From a virus, in the IMG/VR virus record IMGVR_UViG_3300046170_000173: 64,000 nucleotides of DNA; one strand, written 5' to 3'. The notes below the pieces were generated by a model. The model had not been told where the DNA came from. It ran no database searches and saw only the letters and a list, made by a program, of their open reading frames with translations. Numbering within the stretch: the first letter of the stretch is position 1; each line of letters begins with the position of its first letter. The translations under genes were made by a program, and so were the position numbers. Of this stretch, positions 9,279 through 19,095 are shown one piece after another.

Positions 9279-10794
9279 CAAGATTCGCATTAGGATGAAA
9301 GACTACTCCCATTTTATGGTAGAGGCCCATCCAGCCCAAGAGAATGAGTTGAAGGAATACTTCTCGTTCTTTGTTCCTGGCTACAAGTACATGCCTGCAT
9401 ATAAGTCTCGACATTGGGACGGAAAAGTCAAACTCTATAACATGATGACTAAACAGATGAACGTGGGTCTCTACACGCACCTACGGAAGTTCTGCGCGGA
9501 TCGTTTCTACCCACTGGAGATTGTTGAACATGAGACTTATGGGATTCCTTCGTTCCGTGAAGACATCGACCATCCTGCCCTTATTGACTTTCTATCTCTG
9601 CTTGATGCTCCTTTTAAGCCACGAGACTATCAATACAAGGCAATTTCTCATGGGGTGGAGCACCGAAGATGTATCCTTCTTTCTCCCACTGGTAGCGGGA
9701 AGTCATTTATTATATACAATCTTTTACGGTATTGCTACGAAGTCACCGAAGGAAAAATCTTAGTCATCGTCCCAACCACGTCTCTGGTGGAGCAGATGTA
9801 TAAGGACTTCGAGGAATACGGTTACGACGTAGAAGAGTTCTGTCATCGTATCTACTCCGGTAAGGAGAAGGTTACGGACAAACGTGTCATAATATCTACA
9901 TGGCAATCCATTTACAAATTCGGTAAGGAGTGGTTCGAACAGTTCGAATCAGTCTTTGGTGATGAGGTCCACCTGTTCAAGGCGAAGTCTCTGACTACCA
10001 TGATGGACAAGTGTGTCAACGCAAAATACCGTTTCGGTCTTACGGGTACTCTCGATGGGACGGAGACAAACAAACTGGTTCTGGAAGGTCTGTTTGGACC
10101 TACGTTCACTGTTACACGAACGATTCAACTCCAGAAGGAAAATCAACTCGCAGACTTGGATATCTCTGTTCTCCTCTTGAGGTATCACAATGATGTCTGC
10201 CAACAAGTCAAGGAGATGACGTATCAAGAAGAGTTAGATGCGATCGTCACCTACGAACCCCGTAATCGATTTATCAGTAAACTGGCAATTGATCAATCGG
10301 GAAACACCCTCGTGATGTTCCAATTTGTTGAGAAACATGGTAAGGTTCTGCACGAGATGATCAAGTCTATGGCTGAAGAAGGACGTAAAGTATTCTACGT
10401 ATCTGGTGAAGTAGATGCCACAGACAGAGAACAAATAAGAGGGATAGTAGAAAAGGAAAATGATGCAATTATCGTTGCTTCTCTTGGTACTTTTAGTACT
10501 GGTATTAACATCCGCAATCTTCATAATATTGTATTTGCGACACCATCCAAGTCTCAAGTCAAAGTACTCCAATCGATTGGTCGTGGTCTTCGTAAGTCTG
10601 ATGATGGTCGGACTACTAGACTTTTTGATATTGCTGATGATCTTCATATTAGGAGTCACAAAAACTTTACACTGAAACATAGCGGTGAAAGGATTAAGAT
10701 ATATACTAAAGAGGGATTTAGATATAAGATCTATCCCATAAACTTAAAACCAATAAGAGTGGAACAAGATGTCGAAAGCAATCTCTTCGGTTAA
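9271..10794 (+). CDS. uvsW: SF2 RNA-DNA/DNA helicase UvsW
   Basis: PTGSGKS, DEVH, GLTGT, QSIGRGLR; GTG start at 9271 preferred. Confidence 0.95.
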   Translation: MDNKIRIRMKDYSHFMVEAHPAQENELKEYFSFFVPGYKYMPAYKSRHWDGKVKLYNMMTKQMNVGLYTHLRKFCADRFYPLEIVEHETYGIPSFREDIDHPALIDFLSLLDAPFKPRDYQYKAISHGVEHRRCILLSPTGSGKSFIIYNLLRYCYEVTEGKILVIVPTTSLVEQMYKDFEEYGYDVEEFCHRIYSGKEKVTDKRVIISTWQSIYKFGKEWFEQFESVFGDEVHLFKAKSLTTMMDKCVNAKYRFGLTGTLDGTETNKLVLEGLFGPTFTVTRTIQLQKENQLADLDISVLLLRYHNDVCQQVKEMTYQEELDAIVTYEPRNRFISKLAIDQSGNTLVMFQFVEKHGKVLHEMIKSMAEEGRKVFYVSGEVDATDREQIRGIVEKENDAIIVASLGTFSTGINIRNLHNIVFATPSKSQVKVLQSIGRGLRKSDDGRTTRLFDIADDLHIRSHKNFTLKHSGERIKIYTKEGFRYKIYPINLKPIRVEQDVESNLFG

Positions 10795-11194
10795 ACACCT
10801 AAAGTTAGTAACAGGTGAAGAACTGGTATGCGAGTTGATGAGTGAAACTGGTGATTCTATTGTCATCCGTAACGCGTTATCCTTAATTGAAAAAGATCTA
10901 AGCACTGGTGATAAGTACTATGCATTTAAGACGTTTATGGTTTATCAAGACAGCCCTCAAAACGTTATTATCATTTTCTTTGATAAGGTAATGTCTGTTG
11001 CCGTTCCTACTGAAGAGATGCAAAGACAATATACTGAAGCCATTAAAGAGATGAAAGAATATAATGAATCTCAGGAACTCAAGAATCAAGACGATGAATG
11101 GGAGAATGACTTATCTTTAGAAGAGTTCTTAAATGAAATGGATCGTGGTAATGACTTCATGGATTCTGACGTAGAAGGAATGATTAAGAACTAG
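10769..11194 (+). CDS. Conserved T4-like hypothetical protein (Sm-like N-terminus)
   Basis: LKLVTGEELVC N-terminus typical of the gene following uvsW in marine T4-like phages. Confidence 0.65.
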   Translation: MSKAISSVKHLKLVTGEELVCELMSETGDSIVIRNALSLIEKDLSTGDKYYAFKTFMVYQDSPQNVIIIFFDKVMSVAVPTEEMQRQYTEAIKEMKEYNESQELKNQDDEWENDLSLEEFLNEMDRGNDFMDSDVEGMIKN

Positions 11195-11225
11195 AGCTAT
11201 ACTATTCTCCCCTTTGGTTAAAGAG

Positions 11226-11254
11226 ATTATACAGTATAAATCAGATTCTGTCAA
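11226..11254 (-). promoter_or_regulatory. Consensus sigma70 promoter on the minus strand (antisense)
   Basis: Reverse complement reads TTGACA-gaatctgatttatactg(17)-TATAAT with an A-tract upstream. Confidence 0.75.
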
Positions 11255-11272
11255 CACTTTTTTTAAAATATT

Positions 11273-11713
11273 ATGAAAATAGGCTTCACATGTTCAACGT
11301 TCGACCTTCTACACGCAGGTCACGTCCAACTTCTACGTCACGCTAAAGATCGGTGTGACTACCTGATAGTAGGTCTACAGACAGACCCCACCATCGATCG
11401 TCCCAACACCAAAAACAAACCCATACAGACTTTGGTTGAAAGATACACTCAACTGAGGGCGGTTAGTTATGTCGATGAAATTATCCCATACCAAACGGAA
11501 CGAGATCTCGAAGATATTTTGTCTCTATATAATTTGGATGTTCAGATATTGGGCGAAGAATATCGTGAGAAGGATTTCACCGGAAAGGATATCGGTCGTA
11601 AACGGGGAATAGAGTTTTATTTTAATGAAAGATCTCATAGATTTTCTTCAAGTGAATTGAGACAAAGAGTCGCCTATAATACAGGAATTGGGTTGACATA
11701 TAAGTCAAAATAA
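11273..11713 (+). CDS. Glycerol-3-phosphate cytidylyltransferase-like (TagD family)
   Basis: TFDLLHAGH (HxGH), LIVGLQ.D, ER...L....VDE, FSSSELR. Confidence 0.85.
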   Translation: MKIGFTCSTFDLLHAGHVQLLRHAKDRCDYLIVGLQTDPTIDRPNTKNKPIQTLVERYTQLRAVSYVDEIIPYQTERDLEDILSLYNLDVQILGEEYREKDFTGKDIGRKRGIEFYFNERSHRFSSSELRQRVAYNTGIGLTYKSK

Positions 11714-11721
11714 GGTATAAT
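11693..11721 (+). promoter_or_regulatory. sigma70 consensus promoter
   Basis: TTGACA-N17-TATAAT upstream of gp55. Confidence 0.8.
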
Positions 11722-11751
11722 TACCGCATTAAAATTTGGAAGTTGTATATC

Positions 11752-12342
11752 ATGAAACCTAAAGAAAGACCACATTACGTCAATAATAGAGACTTTTCTA
11801 ACGCAGTCGTCGAGTACTGTACTTCTGCCCAAGAGGCAAAAGATGTCGGTGAGTCCACACCGATCGTCACAGATTATATCGCTTCCTGCTTCCTAAAGAT
11901 CGCAGAGGGTCTCTCTCATAAAGCAAACTTTGTTCGTTATACCTATCGTGAAGAGATGGTCATGGATGCGGTCGAGAACTGTCTCAAGGCGATCGAGAAT
12001 TACGATATCGAAGCTGCAACCCGATCGGGCAAACCAAACGCATTTGCTTACTTTACACAGATCTCATGGTATGCATTCTTGCGTCGGATCCAAAAGGAAA
12101 AGAAACAACAAGACGTAAAGATGAAGTTCATCGCAGAGGCAGATGTTGCTGAATTCCTTGATGATGATGGTGAGGGATATGGACATATGCAATATGCGTC
12201 CCCCTTTATTGATACGCTACGTATGCGTATCGATGCAGTGAAGGGTGCTGACCAAGAGTTTAAAGAGTATGCGAAAGAAGAGAAGAAACGTAAGCGTCGT
12301 GCCGTTAACGTTGACTCAGATTTATCGGAGTGGATGGAATAA
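11752..12342 (+). CDS. gp55: Late transcription sigma factor
   Basis: HYVNN..F, CFLKIAEGLSHK.NF..YTYREEM..D, NAFAYFTQI...AFLRRI.KEK. Confidence 0.96.
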   Translation: MKPKERPHYVNNRDFSNAVVEYCTSAQEAKDVGESTPIVTDYIASCFLKIAEGLSHKANFVRYTYREEMVMDAVENCLKAIENYDIEAATRSGKPNAFAYFTQISWYAFLRRIQKEKKQQDVKMKFIAEADVAEFLDDDGEGYGHMQYASPFIDTLRMRIDAVKGADQEFKEYAKEEKKRKRRAVNVDSDLSEWME

Positions 12343-12461
12343 TGTGGACTTATGAATGTAAAGCGGGAACCTACAAAGAGGATTCTCTACCTCGCTTGGT
12401 GTGGACTATCTTCACGCACCGACTACACCATCTCATTGAGGACGGAAGATTTTCAGATTAA
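12342..12461 (+). CDS. Small hypothetical protein (39 aa)
   Basis: ATG overlaps the gp55 stop (TAATG); MWTYECKAGTYKEDS...HRLHHL. Confidence 0.55.
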   Translation: MWTYECKAGTYKEDSLPRLVWTIFTHRLHHLIEDGRFSD

Positions 12462-12463
12462 AC

Positions 12464-12492
12464 TTGACATACTCCCTGTTGTATAGTATAAT
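12464..12492 (+). promoter_or_regulatory. sigma70 consensus promoter
   Basis: TTGACA-N17-TATAAT. Confidence 0.8.
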
Positions 12493-12522
12493 AGCCGGTA
12501 TATAAGTTGAGTTAAGTTTTTT

Positions 12523-13581
12523 ATGAAGATCGCTATATTGAATGACACCCACTGCGGGTGTCGTAATTCGTCTGAAATTTTTATGGATTACCAAGAACGC
12601 TTCTATACGGAAGTGTTTTTCCCTTATCTGTTAGAAAATAACATCACCCAAATCCTACACCTTGGAGACTATTACGACAATCGTAAGACGGTCAATCTCA
12701 AGGCGCTCAGTCATAATCGAAGAATATTCTTAGATAAATTGCGTGAGTACAACATCCACATGGACATCATCCCAGGCAATCATGATGTCTATTTCAAAAA
12801 TACCAATGAACTCAATTCCCTGAAAGAGTTGATGGGTCACTACATGAACGAGGTCGACATTCTTATGGATCCGATCGTGCGTGACTACGATGGTGTTAAG
12901 TTCGGTCTTGTACCTTGGATATGTCCAGAGAATGAGGAAGAAATTAATACCTTCCTTGACAATTGTGGGGCAGATGTTATCGGTGGTCACTTTGAACTTG
13001 CTGGATTCGAGATGGACAAGGGAATTGTTTGTAAGGATGGTATGGATACCGCCCCCCTTCAGAGGTTCGAGACGGTCCTATCCGGTCACTTCCACACCAA
13101 GTCATCGCAGGGTAACATACACTACCTTGGTGCCCAGATGGAGTTCTTCTGGAACGATGCGCACGATCCCAAGTACTTCCACATCTACGATACAGAGACG
13201 CGCGAACTGACGCCCATCCTTAACGAGGTGTCTATCTTCCATAAGATCTACTATAACGAAGATCAGGTCAACTACTTCGAAGATCTCTCTTATCTTGATG
13301 GTAAGTTTGTCAAACTGATCGTGAGCAACCGATCTGATATGAAGAAGTTTGAACGATATATTGAACGCATTCAACAACAGAAGATCCACGAACTCAAGAT
13401 CGCAGAAGACTTCCGTGAGTTTCGTGGTGAGAATGTAGGTGACAATGAAATAAGTATTGACGACACCGAAACTTTAATCTATAATTACATCCAAGATGTA
13501 GACACTGACCTTGACAAAGACCGAATCAAAGGATTGGTTTCGGAGTTGATGGTCGAGGCACAGAGCGTAGAAATTGCATGA
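12523..13581 (+). CDS. gp47: Recombination endonuclease subunit (Mre11-like)
   Basis: DTH, HLGD, GNHD, SGHFH phosphoesterase motifs. Confidence 0.96.
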   Translation: MKIAILNDTHCGCRNSSEIFMDYQERFYTEVFFPYLLENNITQILHLGDYYDNRKTVNLKALSHNRRIFLDKLREYNIHMDIIPGNHDVYFKNTNELNSLKELMGHYMNEVDILMDPIVRDYDGVKFGLVPWICPENEEEINTFLDNCGADVIGGHFELAGFEMDKGIVCKDGMDTAPLQRFETVLSGHFHTKSSQGNIHYLGAQMEFFWNDAHDPKYFHIYDTETRELTPILNEVSIFHKIYYNEDQVNYFEDLSYLDGKFVKLIVSNRSDMKKFERYIERIQQQKIHELKIAEDFREFRGENVGDNEISIDDTETLIYNYIQDVDTDLDKDRIKGLVSELMVEAQSVEIA

Positions 13582-15302
13582 TTAAATTCCAGAAACTCCG
13601 TTGGAGAAACTTTCTTTCGACGGGTGACTATTTTAACGAGATCGACTTCCTAGAGAACCCTACAAACCTAGTGGTTGGAGAGAACGGCGCGGGCAAGTCC
13701 ACTATGTTGGATGCCCTGTCGTTCGCCCTCTTTGGTAAGGCGCATCGTAAGATTAATAAAGCACAATTAGTAAACACCATCAATAATAAAGACTCCAGAT
13801 GTGAAGTCGAATTCACTGTTAATGGTGTTCAGTATAAAATTATTCGTGGTATCAAACCCGCAAAGTTTGAGATCTGGAAAGATGGTAGTATGATCAACCA
13901 GAGCTCACACGCGCGTGAGTACCAAGAGATTCTTGAGAAGAACATCCTACAGATGTCTCACAAGAGTTTCCACCAAATTGTTGTTCTCGGTTCGTCGTCT
14001 TTTATCCCATTCATGCAACTCAACTCAACCTCTCGGCGTGACGTGATAGAAGACCTTCTTGATATTAACATATTTTCCAAAATGAATGTGATACTCAAGG
14101 AGAAAATCTCTCTCCTCAAAGGCGAGCTCGAGAACAACAACCATTCTATTGAGATGGTCAAGACGCAGATATCTTCTCAAAAGAAGTATATTCGTGACCT
14201 GAGTGCCATCAACACTGCACATCGAAAAGAGAAGGAATTGGAGATCGAATCTCTAAACGCGGACATCGCAACCTTCAATGAGACAAACGCAGAATTATCA
14301 GAAGCCGTCAATACATTGTTGCCTGCGGTTACAGAAGAATTAAGCAAAATGCGTACCAATAAGACCAAGTTGGAGAAGTATCGCACCAAGTTTGACACAC
14401 AGGTTAAGTCGGTGGTCAAAGAGGCAAAGTTCTTTGAAGACAACGAACATTGTCCTACATGTGATCAAGAAATTGGTGATGAGTTGCGTCATAATAAACG
14501 CGCAGTCGCGACTGCCCGCGCACGTGAACTCAAAGATCTTATGGAGAAGGCAGACGCACAATTGGGCGACTACCAGTCTCAGATCGACAAACTCGAAGAG
14601 GACATGGCAGAACTGTTACACAAACAGAATCTCATGAACAACAACATGCAGTTGATCTCACGATTGACGCAGAACGTCCAGAAGATCCAGAGTGATCTCG
14701 CAGAGATGGCAGACAGTTCCGGTGACATGGCACAGGCCAACAAAGACCTTAGCAACCTTGATAACGAATTGCACGGGTTGAATGACAGCAAATACACTCT
14801 CAGTGAGAAGTCGTCATACAACCGCGTTGCGTCCGAACTACTCCGCGACACTGGTATCAAGACCAAGATCATCAAACAATACATTCCGGTCATCAACGAA
14901 CTCACCAACAAGTATCTACAGACGCTGGACTTCTTCGTCCACTTTGAGTTGGATGAGAGTTTCAATGAGACCATCCGATCGCGTTACCGTGACACTTTCT
15001 CCTACGACTCGTTTTCAGAAGGTGAGAAACAACGCATCGACCTATCCTTACTCTTCACTTGGAGACACATTGCCAAGATGAAGAACTCCGTATCAACCAA
15101 CCTGTTGATCCTAGATGAGACATTTGATTCGTCTCTCGATGGTGAGGGCGTCGACAACCTAATGAAGATCATTGACACTCTCAAGGAAGACACCAACGTA
15201 TTTGTAATCTCTCACAAGACCGAACTAGAGGACGCCCACTTCGAACGCAAACTGTCGTTCGTTAAGGACAAAAACTTTAGTCGAATGCGAGATATTACTT
15301 GA
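13578..15302 (+). CDS. gp46: Recombination endonuclease ATPase subunit (Rad50-like)
   Basis: GENGAGKST, CPTC zinc hook, FSEGEK, LILDE. Confidence 0.97.
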   Translation: MIKFQKLRWRNFLSTGDYFNEIDFLENPTNLVVGENGAGKSTMLDALSFALFGKAHRKINKAQLVNTINNKDSRCEVEFTVNGVQYKIIRGIKPAKFEIWKDGSMINQSSHAREYQEILEKNILQMSHKSFHQIVVLGSSSFIPFMQLNSTSRRDVIEDLLDINIFSKMNVILKEKISLLKGELENNNHSIEMVKTQISSQKKYIRDLSAINTAHRKEKELEIESLNADIATFNETNAELSEAVNTLLPAVTEELSKMRTNKTKLEKYRTKFDTQVKSVVKEAKFFEDNEHCPTCDQEIGDELRHNKRAVATARARELKDLMEKADAQLGDYQSQIDKLEEDMAELLHKQNLMNNNMQLISRLTQNVQKIQSDLAEMADSSGDMAQANKDLSNLDNELHGLNDSKYTLSEKSSYNRVASELLRDTGIKTKIIKQYIPVINELTNKYLQTLDFFVHFELDESFNETIRSRYRDTFSYDSFSEGEKQRIDLSLLFTWRHIAKMKNSVSTNLLILDETFDSSLDGEGVDNLMKIIDTLKEDTNVFVISHKTELEDAHFERKLSFVKDKNFSRMRDIT

Positions 15303-15327
15303 CACTGACCGGATATTGTTATATAAT
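15299..15327 (+). promoter_or_regulatory. sigma70 consensus promoter
   Basis: TTGACA-N17-TATAAT upstream of gp45. Confidence 0.8.
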
Positions 15328-15354
15328 GTCCCACATATTAACTGAGGAATCCCT

Positions 15355-16032
15355 ATGGAACTTTCAACCCGAACTGTCGAGATCCTACGAAACTTCTCGA
15401 CGATTAACCAGAACATCGTAGTCAATGGTGGTAACGTCATCAAGACTATGTCTATTGCAAAGAACATCGTATCTCAGGCAGAGATTGAGGAATCTTTCCC
15501 TAGCTCATTTGGCATCTATGACCTGTCAGAGTTTTTGTCGGTCTTGTCTCTCGTAGACAATCCTTCAATCGAGTTTGGTGAAAACTTCTGTACCGTATCC
15601 GACGGCAGTGGTCTTTCCTCAGTTCGTTATTTCTACTCAGATCCAGAAATGCTCTCTGCGCCTAAGAAAGAGATCATCATGCCTGAGTGCGAGGTCAAAT
15701 TTCTTCTCACTAACGAAACCCTAAGTAAGATCAAACGAGCATCGTCCGCATTAGGTTATGATACTATTTCTATCCGACCAGATGGTAACTCTGTGCGCAT
15801 CGATGTCGTTGATACAGAAAATACGACTTCTAATTCATACTCGATTCAAGTCGAAGGAACTTTTCCAGAAGGAGCAGACTTTAAATTTGTCATGGGTGTG
15901 AATAATATGAAGTTGTTGGGTGATGATTATGAGGTGTCGATTTCAACTAAGTTGATCTCTAGTTTCCGATCGATATCTGGTAAGACTGAATACTTTATTG
16001 CACTAGAAAAATCTTCAACATACGGAGCATAA
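15355..16032 (+). CDS. gp45: DNA polymerase sliding clamp
   Basis: L.NFSTIN, FGIYDL.EFL, YFIALE. Confidence 0.95.
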   Translation: MELSTRTVEILRNFSTINQNIVVNGGNVIKTMSIAKNIVSQAEIEESFPSSFGIYDLSEFLSVLSLVDNPSIEFGENFCTVSDGSGLSSVRYFYSDPEMLSAPKKEIIMPECEVKFLLTNETLSKIKRASSALGYDTISIRPDGNSVRIDVVDTENTTSNSYSIQVEGTFPEGADFKFVMGVNNMKLLGDDYEVSISTKLISSFRSISGKTEYFIALEKSSTYGA

Positions 16033-16033
16033 A

Positions 16034-16249
16034 ATGACTGAAGACCAAGCTACATTTTACGACCTCGCAAACCGCGTTGCCCGTTCATGTGTCGCAGTAG
16101 TAGATACTGTTGTAACACGTGGTGGGTTCAAAGGTGAGGAACTTACAACTATCGGACAACTGCGTGACCAGTCAGTACAGGTCGTCGCATTATACGAGAA
16201 GTTGGCGAAAGCACACGCAGAGGCTGAAGAAGAATCAGACGCTGAGTAA
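16034..16249 (+). CDS. Hypothetical protein
   Basis: RBS, coupled to gp45; RGGFKGEEL..IG.LR motif. Confidence 0.7.
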   Translation: MTEDQATFYDLANRVARSCVAVVDTVVTRGGFKGEELTTIGQLRDQSVQVVALYEKLAKAHAEAEEESDAE

Positions 16250-16323
16250 ACCTTTTGGGGCGGTGGGTAACTTCTCTTTCACCGCGAATATTTTATTATG
16301 ATTAACCCATCGCCCCGTTTTTT

Positions 16324-16562
16324 ATGAAACTGTATGATCCCCTAATCGCAAAAGAGACCTCAATCCATGTTGCACTTGGGACGGTCATCAACTATCCACT
16401 TAACATCTTCTACACATGGTTAGCAGTTGTTAAGTGGGGTATCACGGACCCTATAACTTTGTCCACTATTCTTACTGTCGGAATATCCTTCGTCGCGTTC
16501 ACTCGCATATACATAGTAAGGACTCTTACAGAAAGACGTAAGACCAAACTTAATAAAGATAT

Positions 16563-16572
<10 letters not shown>
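16324..16572 (+). CDS. Small two-TM membrane protein
   Basis: Two hydrophobic segments; 3' end overlaps the tRNA-Thr start. Confidence 0.6.
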
Positions 16573-16638
<66 letters not shown>

Positions 16639-16651
16639 CTTTGGAGACACC

Positions 16652-17245
16652 GTGAATTTATCTACTCAGGTATCAGACACATTTGCTCGGTCTATGACTG
16701 CGTTCTTCCGTCTGTTTGCAGATCTCTTTTTCCGCAAGCGTTACGGTCACCGCGCACTCGTTTTAGAAACAGTTGCAGGGGTACCAGGCATGGTCGCGGG
16801 TATGATGACCCACCTTTACAGTCTACAGGCGTTTAAGAAAGGTCACGGTACCAAGATCCACGAGATGCTCGCAGAGGCGGAGAACGAAAGAAAACACCTC
16901 ATGTTTTTCATGGAGGTAATCCAACCGTGGTTCATTGAACGTGTAATCATCATCCTTGCCCAGTTTATCTTCTGGCACTACTATCTGGTGATGTTTGTTC
17001 TATTCCCCCGAACCGCACACCGCATGACTGGATACTTCGAACAGGAAGCGGTACAAAGTTACACAAACTATTTGGAACTGATCGAGTCCGGAGAGATCGA
17101 AGATGTCCCCGCACCACAGATCGCAATTGACTACTACAGCGAACTCCACGAGTTCTCTAAGTTGTCTGATATGATTAAGTGCGTCCGTAATGATGAGATG
17201 CACCATGCCAAAGTCAACCACGCATATGCGAATGGACGACTATAG
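16652..17245 (+). CDS. aox: Alternative oxidase (di-iron ubiquinol oxidase)
   Basis: LETVAGVPGMV, EAENERKHL, YFEQEAV.SYT, R.DEMHH iron-ligand motifs. Confidence 0.95.
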   Translation: MNLSTQVSDTFARSMTAFFRLFADLFFRKRYGHRALVLETVAGVPGMVAGMMTHLYSLQAFKKGHGTKIHEMLAEAENERKHLMFFMEVIQPWFIERVIIILAQFIFWHYYLVMFVLFPRTAHRMTGYFEQEAVQSYTNYLELIESGEIEDVPAPQIAIDYYSELHEFSKLSDMIKCVRNDEMHHAKVNHAYANGRL

Positions 17246-17379
17246 GATAAATTGATTGTTTTTATCGATATAACCGATCGTATTTGTCACTTTGTTATAG
17301 ATAAATAGATTGGAGAAATCGGTTTACACGAAGGGGATAATGCGGTATAATGTCCCCTTATTATATTATGGAGTGGTAA

Positions 17380-18324
17380 ATGAGTAACGAATTCTTATGG
17401 GTGGAAAAGTACCGCCCAAAAACTGTATCCCAAACTATCCTACCCACAGAACTGAAAGACACTTTTCAGAACATTGTGGACGGTGGAGAAATCCCGAACA
17501 TGATGTTTAGTGGGACTGCTGGGACAGGTAAAACTACAGTCGCCCGTGCGATATGCGAGGAACTGGAGTTAGATTACATCGTAATCAACGGGTCCGAAGA
17601 AGGCAACATTGACACACTACGAGGAAAGATCAAGCAGTTCGCCTCTTCTGTCTCGTTGGCTGGTGGTTACAAAGTCGTCATCCTTGATGAGGCAGACTAC
17701 CTAAACCCCCAGTCAACCCAACCCGCGTTGCGTGGGTTCATCGAAGAGTTCTCGAACAACTGTCGGTTCATCATGACTTGCAACTTCGAGAACAAGATCA
17801 TCGACCCATTACACTCGCGATGCACTAAGATCGCGTTCAATGCCACCAAGAAGACTCTCCAGTCTCTCTCGGCGGAGTTTATGCAACGCGCGATGACCAT
17901 TCTCCAGACGGAGGGTGTAGATTATAATAAGGATGTCCTTGCGCAGGTCATCATGAAACACGCACCGGATTGGAGGCGTGTTCTGAATGAGTTGCAGAAA
18001 GGATCGATTTCGGGGTCACTGAATGTGGCGTCTGCTCTCAGCGGAGAAGTCGTGGACAACTATACTCAGTTGTTCGGTGCAATCCGTGATAAAAACTTTA
18101 AGAAGATGAGGACGTGGGTCGTCAATAACATTGACGTAGAACCAGCGGCGGTATTCCGTGGTGTCTACGATCGTATGTATGACCATGTCTCCCCGAATAG
18201 TATTCCACAACTTGTTTTGATACTTGCTGACTATCAATACAAGAATGCGTTTGTCGCAGATCATGAATTAAACATGGTCGCCTGTCTCACAGAGGTGATG
18301 GCAAACGTGGAGGTCAAAGCGTGA
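17380..18324 (+). CDS. gp44: Clamp loader large subunit
   Basis: LWVEKYRP, GTAGTGKTT, DEAD, SRC. Confidence 0.97.
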   Translation: MSNEFLWVEKYRPKTVSQTILPTELKDTFQNIVDGGEIPNMMFSGTAGTGKTTVARAICEELELDYIVINGSEEGNIDTLRGKIKQFASSVSLAGGYKVVILDEADYLNPQSTQPALRGFIEEFSNNCRFIMTCNFENKIIDPLHSRCTKIAFNATKKTLQSLSAEFMQRAMTILQTEGVDYNKDVLAQVIMKHAPDWRRVLNELQKGSISGSLNVASALSGEVVDNYTQLFGAIRDKNFKKMRTWVVNNIDVEPAAVFRGVYDRMYDHVSPNSIPQLVLILADYQYKNAFVADHELNMVACLTEVMANVEVKA

Positions 18325-18698
18325 GTCCGTTTGATTTCCTAAACAGCATTAACAGTACCAAGGTAAATTTACTCGATAAGGATCCGGAAAATATTAATCA
18401 ATACAATAGCTTCCTAGTAAATAGGTCGCTTTCATACTTTCCAGATACTGTGTTAATTAGTAACGAAATGAACAGGTTGCATCATATAGATGCGAGACTT
18501 CAACACGATTTTCTTATAAATATTATACGTAAGAAAAAACGTTTCTCGAAATGGGATAAACCCCAAAGTACAGATATCGAGTGTATCAAAGAGTATTACG
18601 GATATAGCGATTCCAAAGCGAAGCAGATTATTGGACTCTTAACCTCGGGACAATTACAAGAACTCAAAAATAAGGTTAATAAAGGTGGAAGAGAATAA
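18321..18698 (+). CDS. gp62: Clamp loader small subunit
   Basis: FDFLNSIN, NRSLS.F.D, RKKKRFSKW, KEYYGYS. Confidence 0.93.
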   Translation: MSPFDFLNSINSTKVNLLDKDPENINQYNSFLVNRSLSYFPDTVLISNEMNRLHHIDARLQHDFLINIIRKKKRFSKWDKPQSTDIECIKEYYGYSDSKAKQIIGLLTSGQLQELKNKVNKGGRE

Positions 18699-19095
18699 TC
18701 TAGTTCAGTGGAACTCAGAGATGATGTTAGAGATCACCCTAGCAGAACCTGATGATTTCCTAAAAGTTAGAGAAACCCTTACCAGAATAGGAGTTGCATC
18801 AAGACGCGACAACACCCTATTTCAATCGTGCCATATCCTACATAAACAGGGTAGGTACTTTATCGTCCATTTTAAGGAGTTGTTTTTACTGGACGGCAAA
18901 AAGTCAAACTTAGAAACGACGGACATGGAACGTCGTAACACGATCGCAACCCTTCTACAGGATTGGGGTCTGGTATCAATCGTAAACCCAGAAGTTGCAC
19001 AAGATTGCGCTCCTATGCGACAGATCAAAATAATTTCGTATAAGGAAAAGTCAAAGTGGAATCTGCAACCGAAATACAACATCGGTAATAACTAA
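18685..19095 (+). CDS. regA: Translational repressor RegA
   Basis: PDDFLKVRETLTRIGVAS, QSCHILHKQG.Y.IVHFKELF. Confidence 0.97.
   Translation: MEENNLVQWNSEMMLEITLAEPDDFLKVRETLTRIGVASRRDNTLFQSCHILHKQGRYFIVHFKELFLLDGKKSNLETTDMERRNTIATLLQDWGLVSIVNPEVAQDCAPMRQIKIISYKEKSKWNLQPKYNIGNN

Noticed and set aside
18515-18522. TATAAATA inside gp62 as a late promoter for regA
   Set aside because: It lies in AT-rich coding sequence; plausible but unsupported
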